DNA from: an uncultured Pseudomonadota bacterium | GTDB lineage: Bacteria > Pseudomonadota > Alphaproteobacteria > JACZXZ01 | Direction of reading: 5' to 3' | DNA length: 64,000 nucleotides | Assembly (NCBI GenBank): GCA_963749075.1 | Contig: CAVVLJ010000017.1 | Location: 704,001-768,000, forward strand | Part shown: piece after piece, positions 9,727-18,875 of the stretch | Layout of the letters: the number at the start of each line of letters is the position of its first letter | Numbering within the stretch: the stretch's first letter is position 1 | Notes under the pieces: model-generated | Told to the model about the DNA's origin: nothing | Seen by the model: only the letters and a program-made list of their open reading frames with translations | Database searches by the model: none | Program-made: the position numbers and the translations under genes

Positions 9727-11229
9727 TCACTTGCCCTCGTAATGGTCGGCGACGAAGCGCTCGAGCAGGCGGACGCCGAAGGCGGTCCCTCCCTTGGGTA
9801 CCGTGGGCTTGTCCTTGGACGACCAGGCGACGCCCGCGATGTCGAGGTGCGCCCAGGCCATGTCGTCCTTCACGAAACGCTTGATGAACTGGGCCGCGGT
9901 GATGCTGCCGCCGGCCCGGTCGCCGACGTTCTTCATGTCGGCGGCGTCGGATTTGATCGCCTTGTCGTACTCCTCGCCCAAGGGCATGCGCCAGAGCGGC
10001 TCGCCCACCGCCTTCCCCGCCTTGACCAGGCGGTCGGCGAGCTCGTTGTTGTTGGCGAAGAGGCCGGCGTACTCATGGCCGAGCGCTATGATGATGGCGC
10101 CCGTGAGCGTCGCGAGATCGACCATGAGGCGCGGCTTGAAGCGCTCCTGCGTGTACCACAGGGCGTCCGCCAGCACGAGCCGGCCCTCGGCGTCGGTGTT
10201 GATGACCTCGACGGTCTGGCCCGACATCGTGGTCACGATGTCGCCCGGGCGCTGCGCCGTGCCCGAGGGCATGTTCTCGACGAGGCCGCCGATGCCGACG
10301 ACGTTCACCCTGGCCTTGCGTCCGGCGAGCGCCTTCATGAGCCCGATCACCACGCCGGCGCCGCCCATGTCCCACTTCATGTCCTCCATGTTGGCGGCGG
10401 GCTTGAGGGAGATGCCGCCGGTGTCGAAGGTGACGCCTTTGCCGATGAAGGCGAGCGGGCTCTGGTCGCGCGCGCGCGGCGCACCGTTCCACCGCATGAT
10501 CAGGAGACGCGGCGGCCTGGCGCTGCCCTGGGCCACGCCGAGGAGCGCTCCCATGCCGAGCTTGGCCATCGCCTTCTCGTCGAGCACCTCGACCTTGACG
10601 CCGAGCTCGCCCAGGCTCTGCCCGGCCGCGGCAAGGCTCTCGGGATAGATGACGTTGGCGGGCTCGGAGACGAGATCGCGCGTGAAGAACACGCCGTCGG
10701 CAATGCGCGCGAGCGGCTCGAAGGCCCTGCGCGCCCGGCCGGCCTTGGCGACGGCCACGGTCAGCGTCTTGAGGCTCGGCTTGTCCTCCGGCTTCTCCTT
10801 GGTGCGGTATTTGTCGAAGCGGTAGGAGCGCAGCCGCGCGCCGAAGGCGAGGTTCGCGGCGACGAGCTCGGGCGGCAGCCGCACGCCGGGGACCTTGTCG
10901 ACGAGGACCGCGGCGGCGCTCTCGCCGCTCTCCGCGAGATGCGCCTCGATGCGGCCGCCCAACGCCTGCGCCTCGGCGGCGTCGAGCGCCTTGGCGGCAC
11001 CGAGCCCCGCCAACACGATGCGGGAGAGCGCGGTGCCCGCCGGCGCCACCAGCTCGGCGAGCTGACCCTTCTTGCCCTTGAACTTGCCGCTCGCGAGCGC
11101 GCGCGTGACGGCACCGCCGGTGAGCCCGTCGAGCTCGGCCGCACTCGGCGCGAGCTTGCCGCCCTCCAGCACTCCGACCACGACAGCGCCCTTCCCGGGC
11201 CGCTTCAACTCGCCGAACTCGATGTCCAT
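9727..11229 (-). CDS. pepA: Leucyl aminopeptidase (M17)
   Basis: GKGVTFDTGGISLK, MKWDMGG, NTDAEGRL, DLATLTGA, WAHLDIAG. Confidence 0.97.
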   Translation of the reverse strand: MDIEFGELKRPGKGAVVVGVLEGGKLAPSAAELDGLTGGAVTRALASGKFKGKKGQLAELVAPAGTALSRIVLAGLGAAKALDAAEAQALGGRIEAHLAESGESAAAVLVDKVPGVRLPPELVAANLAFGARLRSYRFDKYRTKEKPEDKPSLKTLTVAVAKAGRARRAFEPLARIADGVFFTRDLVSEPANVIYPESLAAAGQSLGELGVKVEVLDEKAMAKLGMGALLGVAQGSARPPRLLIMRWNGAPRARDQSPLAFIGKGVTFDTGGISLKPAANMEDMKWDMGGAGVVIGLMKALAGRKARVNVVGIGGLVENMPSGTAQRPGDIVTTMSGQTVEVINTDAEGRLVLADALWYTQERFKPRLMVDLATLTGAIIIALGHEYAGLFANNNELADRLVKAGKAVGEPLWRMPLGEEYDKAIKSDAADMKNVGDRAGGSITAAQFIKRFVKDDMAWAHLDIAGVAWSSKDKPTVPKGGTAFGVRLLERFVADHYEGK

Positions 11230-11276
11230 GAAGGCCTCGCAAATGGCAAGCCGCGACGCCATGGCGCGGCCAGCAC

Positions 11277-11879
11277 CTATTGCTTGGTGCCGAACAGCGT
11301 CTTGACGGGAACCGAGAAGGTGAGCCCGACGAGCTCGGTGCCCGGATTGACCCTCTCGCCGAGCACCTTGCCGTTGGACATGTGATGGAAGGCGACGCCG
11401 ACGCGCACGTCGTCGTCGAAGCGGTACTGGAAGTCGAAGCCGGAGCGGCCCAGGATCGGGCTGCCGAGCCACTTGCCGTCGCCGCGGTCGTAAGCCACCA
11501 GGGCGAAGCTCGGCGTCACGATGAAGTGGCGGCCCCAGTAGGTGTCGAGGCGGATGCCCGCATAGCCGTAGTAGCTCTCGTTCGTGGTCACGCCGGCGCC
11601 GACGAAGGGCTTGAACTTCCAAAGGAAATAGCCGGAACGGTATTCCGCCCCGAACTCGTCCGACTGCTTCACCTGGCGCACCGCATCGAAGCGCCCGCCC
11701 TCGAGGGAGACGAAGTCGGACTCGTCCTCGCTGGGGGTCGGGACGAAGAAGGATTCGATGAGGAGTGCGCCGCTGGCGATGGCGATCGCGTTCACCACGT
11801 CGTCGGCGCGCGCGCGCCCGGCACCGGCAACGAGAATGGCGGCGATGCCCGACAGCGCGACGAGACGGTTGAGGATCAA
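11277..11879 (-). CDS. Lipid A 3-O-deacylase (PagL-like acyloxyacyl hydrolase), outer-membrane beta-barrel
   Basis: Signal peptide; beta-strand pattern ending in FHHMSNG...NPG; start (TTG 11879) uncertain. Confidence 0.75.
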   Translation of the reverse strand: MILNRLVALSGIAAILVAGAGRARADDVVNAIAIASGALLIESFFVPTPSEDESDFVSLEGGRFDAVRQVKQSDEFGAEYRSGYFLWKFKPFVGAGVTTNESYYGYAGIRLDTYWGRHFIVTPSFALVAYDRGDGKWLGSPILGRSGFDFQYRFDDDVRVGVAFHHMSNGKVLGERVNPGTELVGLTFSVPVKTLFGTKQ

Positions 11880-12001
11880 ATGGCGCTCCCATTTTTGTGC
11901 CGGCTCTCGCCGCGGCCCATCATATCCAAGATTGGCGCATGGGCAATGCTTTTGAAATCCTTGCATTTCCTTGGCACTTGAGCGCGCCTCCCGGGCTTGC
12001 T

Positions 12002-12778
12002 ATGAGGCATCCCGTGCCTGCCATTTCCGCAACCCCGAGGGCGTGCGAGTTGTCCCCATCCCGTGCCCGCGCCGCGCCGAGGCCGGCTCTTCTGCTGCTT
12101 CTTCTCCTCGTGGTCGGCGCGGGTGCGGTACTGACGGTCTTCGGCGGGATCGACAAGGGAGTGGCGGCACTCTTCTACGTGCCGGGGCGCGGCTTTCCCG
12201 CCTGGCACGACCCGCTCATCGCGGCCTTGCGCCTCTCGACGCGGGCGAGCGCCATCGGCGTCGGCGCCTTTCTTCTCTTCGCACTCCTCTGGCGCGTCAT
12301 CCTCAGGCGGCCGCTCTTCGGCCTCGGCCGCTCCGCTGTCATCTATCTCCTCGCCGTCTTTCTCCTCGGGCCGGCGCTCATCGTCAACGGCGTGCTCAAG
12401 GAGGACTGGGGCCGCGCGCGCCCGGCGCAAGTCCGCGAGTTCGGCGGCGACAAGCGCTTCACCCCGCCGCTCCTCATCGCCGACCAGTGCACGCACAACT
12501 GCTCCTTCGTCTCCGGCGAGGCCTCGCTCGGCTTCGCGTTCGTGGCCTTCGGCTTCGCCGCCGTGACGCCGTGGCGCCGGCGCCTCGGCATCGCGGCGGG
12601 CCTGGCCCTCGGCAGCGCCTTCGGGCTCCTGCGCATGGCGCAAGGCGGGCATTTCCTCTCCGACGTCTATTTCGCGGGCGTCTTCATGGTGGCGCTCGCC
12701 TGGCTCCTCCATCGCTTGCTGATCAAACGCCGCTGGCTCGAGCGCCTGGCGCTGTGGCCGCCCGAGGGGGGCGGCTGA
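12002..12778 (+). CDS. PAP2 phosphatase, LpxF-like lipid A 4'-phosphatase candidate
   Basis: KEDWGRARP, CSFVSGEAS, RMAQGGHFLSDV; multiple TM helices; start uncertain. Confidence 0.75.
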   Translation: MRHPVPAISATPRACELSPSRARAAPRPALLLLLLLVVGAGAVLTVFGGIDKGVAALFYVPGRGFPAWHDPLIAALRLSTRASAIGVGAFLLFALLWRVILRRPLFGLGRSAVIYLLAVFLLGPALIVNGVLKEDWGRARPAQVREFGGDKRFTPPLLIADQCTHNCSFVSGEASLGFAFVAFGFAAVTPWRRRLGIAAGLALGSAFGLLRMAQGGHFLSDVYFAGVFMVALAWLLHRLLIKRRWLERLALWPPEGGG

Positions 12779-12783
12779 CGGCG

Positions 12784-14421
12784 ATGCGCGTCAAGGATTA
12801 CGCGCTTCTCGCCCTCTTGTGCCTCGCCATCTTCCTGCCGGGCCTCGCAAGCGTGCCGCCGCTCGACCGCGACGAGCCGCGCTTCGCCGAGGCCTCGCGC
12901 CAGATGCTGGAGAGCGGCGATTTCGTCAACATCCGCTTCCAGGACGAGCCGCGCCTCAAGAAGCCCGTCGGCATCTATTGGCTCCAGGCCGCAAGTGCGG
13001 CGCTCTTCTCGCGGGCGGGCGCCACGGCGATCTGGCCCTACCGCCTGCCCTCGACGCTCGGCGCCGTCATCGCCGTGCTCCTGACCGCGGCGCTGGGCGC
13101 CCGCCTCTTCGGCCGCAGCGCCGGCTGGTTGGCCGCCCTCCTGATGGCGACGAGCATCCTCCTCGGCGTCGAGGCGCGGCTTGCCAAGACCGACGCCGTG
13201 CAGCTCGCCGCCATTTGCGCGGCGCAGCTCCTCCTCGCGAGAGCCTACCTCGAGCGCGACCGTAGCACTCCCGCACGCCCCGGCAGCGCTGCGCTCTTCT
13301 GGCTCGCCATCGGCATCGGCATCCTGATCAAGGGCCCGATCATCCTCATGGTCTCGGGCCTCACCGCCGCGGCGCTCGCCATCTCCGCGCGCCGCTGGCG
13401 CTGGCTCCTGGCACTCAAGCCATGGCCTTATGCGGCGCTCGCCGTGCTCACGGTGCTGCCCTGGGGCCTTGCCATCGTCGTGCAGAGCAAGGGCGCCTTC
13501 CTCGCCGAGTCGGTCGGCCACGATCTCATCGGCAAGATGGCGGGCGCCCAGGAGGCCCATGGCGCGCCGCCTGGCTTCTTCCTCGTCACCTTCTGGGCGA
13601 CCTTCTGGCCCGGCTCGCTCTTGGCCGGGCTTGCCATCCCGTGGGTCTGGCGCCATCGCCGCGACGACGCCGTGCGTTTCTGCCTCGCTTGGATCGTGCC
13701 GAGCTGGCTCGTCTTCGAGCTGGTGCCGACCAAGCTGCCGCACTATACGCTGCCGCTCTTCCCGGCGATCGCACTTCTCGCGGCGCGCGCGGCGCTCGAG
13801 CCCTTCCCGCGCCCGGCGACGCGCGGCGGGCGCCTGCTGCAGGGTGCCCTGGCCGCGGCCTGGCTCCTCATCGGCCTCACGCTTTGCCTGGCGCTGCCGA
13901 TCCTGCCGGCAGTGCTCGAGCACCGCATCGACGGCGTGGCGCTCGTCGCGGGCGTGGCGGCGCTGCTCCTGCTGCTCGCCGCCTATCACGGCCTCAGCAC
14001 GGGGCGCAGCAGCCGGGCGCTCGCCAGCCTGATCGCCGCCTGCCTCGTCTTCTACGCCGCGTGCTACGCTCGGGTCATGCCGAGCCTCGACGAGCTTTGG
14101 GTGAGCAGCCGCGTCGCCGCGGCCGTCGAGCACGGCAAGCGCTGTCCGCGCGCCTTTGTGACCTCCGCCGGCTTCAGCGAGCCCAGCCTCGTCTTTCTTC
14201 TCGGCCAGGACACCCGCTTCGGCGACGGCACGGCCGCGGCAGAGGCGCTTCTCGCCGACCCTTGCGCGCTGGCGCTCGTCGCCGAGCCTCAGCTCAAGGC
14301 CTTCCGCGAGCGCCTGGCGCGCGCCCAAAAAAGCGCTGCGGCGCTGGCCACGATCGACGGCCTCAACCTTGCGCGCGGACGGCGCGTCGCCTTGACGCTC
14401 TTTGCCGCGGGCGGCTCATGA
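12784..14421 (+). CDS. GT39 / ArnT-Rgt-like lipid-carrier-dependent glycosyltransferase
   Basis: PPLDRDEPRFAEASRQM, RLKKPVGIYW, YRLPS, KGP, TKLPHYTLP; many TM segments. Confidence 0.9.
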   Translation: MRVKDYALLALLCLAIFLPGLASVPPLDRDEPRFAEASRQMLESGDFVNIRFQDEPRLKKPVGIYWLQAASAALFSRAGATAIWPYRLPSTLGAVIAVLLTAALGARLFGRSAGWLAALLMATSILLGVEARLAKTDAVQLAAICAAQLLLARAYLERDRSTPARPGSAALFWLAIGIGILIKGPIILMVSGLTAAALAISARRWRWLLALKPWPYAALAVLTVLPWGLAIVVQSKGAFLAESVGHDLIGKMAGAQEAHGAPPGFFLVTFWATFWPGSLLAGLAIPWVWRHRRDDAVRFCLAWIVPSWLVFELVPTKLPHYTLPLFPAIALLAARAALEPFPRPATRGGRLLQGALAAAWLLIGLTLCLALPILPAVLEHRIDGVALVAGVAALLLLLAAYHGLSTGRSSRALASLIAACLVFYAACYARVMPSLDELWVSSRVAAAVEHGKRCPRAFVTSAGFSEPSLVFLLGQDTRFGDGTAAAEALLADPCALALVAEPQLKAFRERLARAQKSAAALATIDGLNLARGRRVALTLFAAGGS

Positions 14422-15119
14422 GGAGCTCGGACCCGGCCTCCGAGCGCGCCAAGTGGCTCGGCGCGAGCGTCCTCGCGGCCCTCCTCGCCGCCCTCTCGAT
14501 CGCCTGCCTCGACCGCGCGAGCGCCGCCTGGGCACACGGCCTCGGCCCGGGCTTCGTGGCGCTCTGCGAGGCCTTCACGGCACTCGGCGATTCCGCGTGG
14601 TACCTCGTTCCCCTCGCCGTCGCCGTCCCGGCGCTTTATCTCGCAAGCCGCCGCAGCGGCGATCGCGAGCGCGCCGCGCGTCTCGGCTGGTTCCTCTCTG
14701 CGGCACTCTTTCTTTTCGCCGCCATTGCGCTCTCGGGCCTCGCAACCGACCTTCTCAAGGTGCTCTTCGGCCGCGCGCGTCCAGTGCTCTTCTTGCGCGA
14801 GGGGGATTTCGGCTGGCATCCCTTAGGCCTGACGGCCAAGCTGCAATCCTTCCCCTCGGGTCACGCCACGACCGTCACGGCCGCGGCATTGGCGCTCGGC
14901 ATGCTGGCGCCGCGCTTAGCTAAGCCCCTCGCCGTCGTGGCGCTGCTCGTGGCGCTTACGCGCGTCGCCGTCGGCGACCACTACCCGAGCGATCTCGTCG
15001 CGGGTGCCGCCGTCGCGTTTGCCACCACGCTGCCGCTGCGCGCCGCCTTCGCCCGCCGCGGCCGCCTCTTCCGCAAGACCGCCCAGGGAAAGTTCGTATC
15101 AGAAAGATCGGCCGATTGA
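14418..15119 (+). CDS. PAP2 phosphatase, LpxE-like lipid A 1-phosphatase candidate
   Basis: KVLFGRARP, SFPSGH, RVAVGDHYPSD; ATGA overlap with the GT39 gene. Confidence 0.8.
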   Translation: MRSSDPASERAKWLGASVLAALLAALSIACLDRASAAWAHGLGPGFVALCEAFTALGDSAWYLVPLAVAVPALYLASRRSGDRERAARLGWFLSAALFLFAAIALSGLATDLLKVLFGRARPVLFLREGDFGWHPLGLTAKLQSFPSGHATTVTAAALALGMLAPRLAKPLAVVALLVALTRVAVGDHYPSDLVAGAAVAFATTLPLRAAFARRGRLFRKTAQGKFVSERSAD

Positions 15120-15304
15120 CGGAGCGGAGCACGACCGCCCATGATACGGCGTGGCGCTCTCGCGCCGGTGACGCCGTCCGGCCGTAAGCTTCTGGGAGCA
15201 GCGCGCCATTGTCTCTGGAATTTAGGCACGAAACGGAAACTCGCCCTATCCACGGAGCCGGCGGAGACGCTATAAGACCGGCGTCGAGGCGCTTGGAGCG
15301 TGAC

Positions 15305-15412
15305 ATGGCGGGCGTCGTGCGGGCGGCGGCGGCAATCTCTGCCGGGGGCGGCCGCCGCGCGCGCCGCCTGCGGCGGCGGGCCGCGCCGCGCGCCGCCCTC
15401 GGGACGCGCTGA
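15305..15412 (+). pseudogene. 35-aa ORF at the expected lptF position (possible internally deleted lptF remnant)
   Basis: GGAG RBS + ATG, MAGVVRAAAAISAGGGRRARRLRRRAAPRAALGTR; ends 20 nt before lptG. Identity is inferred from position only. Confidence 0.3.
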
Positions 15413-15432
15413 GCACGGAGGCCTCGCCCGCG

Positions 15433-16527
15433 ATGCGCACCTCGCCCACGCTCTTCGTCTACATCGGCCGCCAGTTCCTCATGTGCCTGGTGAGCATTCT
15501 GCTGGCGTTCCTCAGCGTCGCCTTCCTCTTCGACGTCGTCGAGATGCTGCGCCGCTCGCAGTCGCGCGGGGACATCTCCTTCTCGATCGTGCTCAGCATG
15601 TCCGTGTTCAAGCTGCCGCATCTCTGCGAGCAGGTCATTCCCTTTGCGGTCCTCTTCGGCGGCATGCTGACCTTCTGGCGGCTCACGCGCAGCCAGGAGC
15701 TCGTGGTGGTGCGCGCGATCGGCGTCTCGGTGTGGCAATTTACCGCACCCGCGGTCTTCCTCGCCTTCCTCATCGGCGTGGCCAAGATCACCGTGCTCAA
15801 TCCCGTGGCGGCCGCGATGCTGTTCCATTTCGAGGAGCTCGAGAACAAGTACTTGAAAGGCATGACGAGCCTGCTTGCGGTCTCGGAGACCGGGCTCTGG
15901 CTGCGCCAGGTCGACCGCGACGGCGAATTGGTGGTCCACGCGCTTCAGGTCACGCCCAAGGACTTCGAGCTGATCAACGTGATCATCTTCCTTTTCAAGG
16001 GAACCGATCATTTCAGCGGGCGCATCGACGCCGAGACGGCGAGGCTCGAGAACGGCTATTGGGACATCCACAAGGCGTGGATCACCACGCCCGGGCGGCC
16101 GGCACAGTACGCCGCGGACTACCACCTCAAGACCAACCTCACGCTCGCGCAGATCCAGGACAGCTTCGCCTCGCCGGAATCGATCTCGTTCTGGGAGCTG
16201 CCGAGCTTCATCGAGCTCTTGCAGCACGCCGGCTTCTCGGCGCTGCGCCATCGGCTCTATTGGAACTCGCTGCTCTCCGACCCGCTCCTGCTCTGCGCCA
16301 TGGTGCTGATCGCCGCGACCTTCTCGCTGCGCCATCAGCGGCGCGGCGGCACCGTGCTGATCATCGCCATCGGCGTGTTCACGGGTTTCCTCGTCTACTT
16401 CATCTCCGACGTGGTCTTCGCGCTCGGCCTCACCTCGTCGATCCCGATCTTTCTCGCGGCCTGGAGCCCGGCGGGGGCGAGCCTCCTCTTCGGGCTCGCC
16501 ATGCTCTTCCATCTCGAGGACGGATAG
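15433..16527 (+). CDS. lptG: LPS export ABC transporter permease LptG
   Basis: TLFVYIGRQF, SQELVVVRAIGVSVWQ, GLWLRQ, PESISFWELP, AAWSP, HLEDG; precedes lptD. Confidence 0.92.
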   Translation: MRTSPTLFVYIGRQFLMCLVSILLAFLSVAFLFDVVEMLRRSQSRGDISFSIVLSMSVFKLPHLCEQVIPFAVLFGGMLTFWRLTRSQELVVVRAIGVSVWQFTAPAVFLAFLIGVAKITVLNPVAAAMLFHFEELENKYLKGMTSLLAVSETGLWLRQVDRDGELVVHALQVTPKDFELINVIIFLFKGTDHFSGRIDAETARLENGYWDIHKAWITTPGRPAQYAADYHLKTNLTLAQIQDSFASPESISFWELPSFIELLQHAGFSALRHRLYWNSLLSDPLLLCAMVLIAATFSLRHQRRGGTVLIIAIGVFTGFLVYFISDVVFALGLTSSIPIFLAAWSPAGASLLFGLAMLFHLEDG

Positions 16528-16534
16528 GCGGCCC

Positions 16535-18718
16535 GTGCGCTGGCTCCCGCTTACCGCACTCCTGCCGCTCCTCCTCTTGCTGAAGCCTGCGGAGGCCGCC
16601 GAGCAGAGACCCGCCGGCACGGCGCCGGCCCTCTTGTCGGCCGACCGCGTGAGCTACGACGACCAGCTCGGCATCATCACCGCCACCGGCCACGTCGAGA
16701 TCTCGCAAAGCGACCGCGTGCTGCTCGCGGACACCGTGACTTACAACCAGCGCACCGACGTGGTGACCGCATCGGGCAACGTCAGCCTCCTCGAGCCGAA
16801 CGGCGACGTGATGTTCGCCAATTATTTCGAGCTCACCGAGGGATTGAAGTCGGGCGTCGCGCAGAATTTCCGCCTTCTGATGAAGGACAAGTCGCGCTTC
16901 GCGTCGGCCGGCGCGCGGCGCGAGGGCGGCGTTCTCACGGAAATGGCCAACGGCGTGTTCTCGCCGTGCGAGCTCTGCAAGAACGACCCGGAGCGGCCGC
17001 CGCTCTGGCAGATCAAGGCCGCGCGCATCGTGCACGACGAGAACGAGCACGAGATCTACGACGAGGACGCCGTCATGGAGATGTGGGGCATCCCCGTCGC
17101 CTATACGCCGTACTTCTCCTACCCGGATCCCACGGTGAAGCGGCGCTCGGGCTTCCTCCCCGCCACTTACGGCGAGAATACCTACCTCGGCTATCTCGCC
17201 AAGGTTCCTTATTTCTGGGCGATCGACCCGGACAAGGATCTCACCTTTTCGCCGGTCTTCATGACCAAATCGAACCCCGTGCTGGACCTCCAGTACCGCG
17301 AGCGCTGGGGCTTCGGCAGGATCGATCTCTCGGGCAGCATCGTCGACGCCACCGCCTTCAACGAGGCCGGACTGCCGAAGTCGGGCGATCAGCTGCGCGG
17401 CAACTTCAAGGGCACCGGGCTCTTCAATATCGACGACGACTGGCGGGCCGGCTTCACGGCGGAACGCGAGTCGGACATCACCTATCTGCAGCGCTTCAAG
17501 ATCCTCTACACCCCGCCTACCGTGCTCACCTCGAACGCCTACGTGGAGGGCTACTTCGGACGGAGCTACACCGCGCTCAACAACTACGCGTTCCAGGACA
17601 CCCGCGCCCAGGTGAACCTCAACGACCTGCCCATCGTAGCGCCCATCTACCAGGTCAACTACCGCAGCGAGCCCGGCGATTTCGGCCAGTACTGGTCGGT
17701 CGACGCCGATGCGATGGACCTCTTCCGCCCGAGCGGCGTCTATACGCGCCGCGTCTCGCAGCGCACCTATTGGCAGGCGCCCTATACCTCGCCGATCGGC
17801 GACATCTATTCGCTCGACGTGAGCCTGCAGACCGACGGCTACTTGACGAACAGCAACCTCGATCCCGCGACGCCGGTGGCGCTCCCCGGGGAGAAGACCG
17901 TGGCCCGCGTGCTTCCCCAGGTCAAGCTGGATTGGCGCTACCCCTGGGCGCGGCCCGACGGCAACCTCCAGGAGAGGATCGAGCCCCACGTCGCACTCAT
18001 CGCAGGCACGCAAGGGCGCAACAGCGGCGTCCCCGACGAGGACAGCACCGACTTCGAGTTCGACGAGCAGAATCTCTACAAGCTCAATCCCTTCCCCGGC
18101 GTCGACCGCGTGGCCGGCGGCGAGCGCGTCGTCTACGGCGTGAGCGCGGGCGCCTACGGCAACAAGGGCGGCAGCGCCTCGCTCTTCCTCGGGCAGATGT
18201 ACCAGCTCAAGAAGGAGACGGGCGCCTTCACGCCGGACACCGGGCTCGATCAAAAGCTCTCCGACGTGGTCGGCGCCTTGCAGATCAAGCCCATGACCTT
18301 CATGGACTTCGTCTACCGCTTCCGCCTCTCGCGGGACGACCTCACGCCGCAGCGCACCGAGGTGACGCTGAACGGCGGCACCGGCATCCTCGGGGCCGGC
18401 TTTACCTACATGGACCTCTCCCAGGAGGTCCCCGGACAGGGCATCACCAAGGTCACCCAGCTCGGCCCCAATATCCACTCGCACTTCCTCGACCACTGGA
18501 GCATATCGGCCAACCTCCTGCGCGACCTGCGCGACAATCAGTTCCGCAATTACGGCGGCGCCCTCTCCTATACGGACGAGTGCCTCACCGTCACCTTCTC
18601 GCTCGTGCGCAGCTTCACCTATACCGCCGACGTGCCGCCGAGCGATACCTACCTCGTCACCTTCATCTTCAAGGACCTCGGCAACATAAGCTTCGGCGGC
18701 TCGAGCACGAACCAATGA
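16535..18718 (+). CDS. lptD: LPS assembly protein LptD
   Basis: ADRVSYD, FSPCELC..PPLWQIKA, PDPTVKRRSGFL, YTDEC. Confidence 0.95.
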   Translation: MRWLPLTALLPLLLLLKPAEAAEQRPAGTAPALLSADRVSYDDQLGIITATGHVEISQSDRVLLADTVTYNQRTDVVTASGNVSLLEPNGDVMFANYFELTEGLKSGVAQNFRLLMKDKSRFASAGARREGGVLTEMANGVFSPCELCKNDPERPPLWQIKAARIVHDENEHEIYDEDAVMEMWGIPVAYTPYFSYPDPTVKRRSGFLPATYGENTYLGYLAKVPYFWAIDPDKDLTFSPVFMTKSNPVLDLQYRERWGFGRIDLSGSIVDATAFNEAGLPKSGDQLRGNFKGTGLFNIDDDWRAGFTAERESDITYLQRFKILYTPPTVLTSNAYVEGYFGRSYTALNNYAFQDTRAQVNLNDLPIVAPIYQVNYRSEPGDFGQYWSVDADAMDLFRPSGVYTRRVSQRTYWQAPYTSPIGDIYSLDVSLQTDGYLTNSNLDPATPVALPGEKTVARVLPQVKLDWRYPWARPDGNLQERIEPHVALIAGTQGRNSGVPDEDSTDFEFDEQNLYKLNPFPGVDRVAGGERVVYGVSAGAYGNKGGSASLFLGQMYQLKKETGAFTPDTGLDQKLSDVVGALQIKPMTFMDFVYRFRLSRDDLTPQRTEVTLNGGTGILGAGFTYMDLSQEVPGQGITKVTQLGPNIHSHFLDHWSISANLLRDLRDNQFRNYGGALSYTDECLTVTFSLVRSFTYTADVPPSDTYLVTFIFKDLGNISFGGSSTNQ

Positions 18719-18801
18719 GGGGCCGTGCCAGGCGCGTCGGACGCGGCAAAGGCCGGGCCCCGCTCGCCCTCGCTCCGGCCGCCTTGCCGCGCGCCGGGCG
18801 T

Positions 18802-18830
18802 TTGCACTTGCTTCCGGGGTCGGCTATAAC
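18802..18830 (+). promoter_or_regulatory. Putative sigma70 promoter for surA-pdxA-rsmA
   Basis: TTGCAC-N17-TATAAC. Confidence 0.55.
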
Positions 18831-18875
18831 GGCTTCCTGTGCGCCGCGATGCGCCCTTTTCCGAAATGGCCGGAT

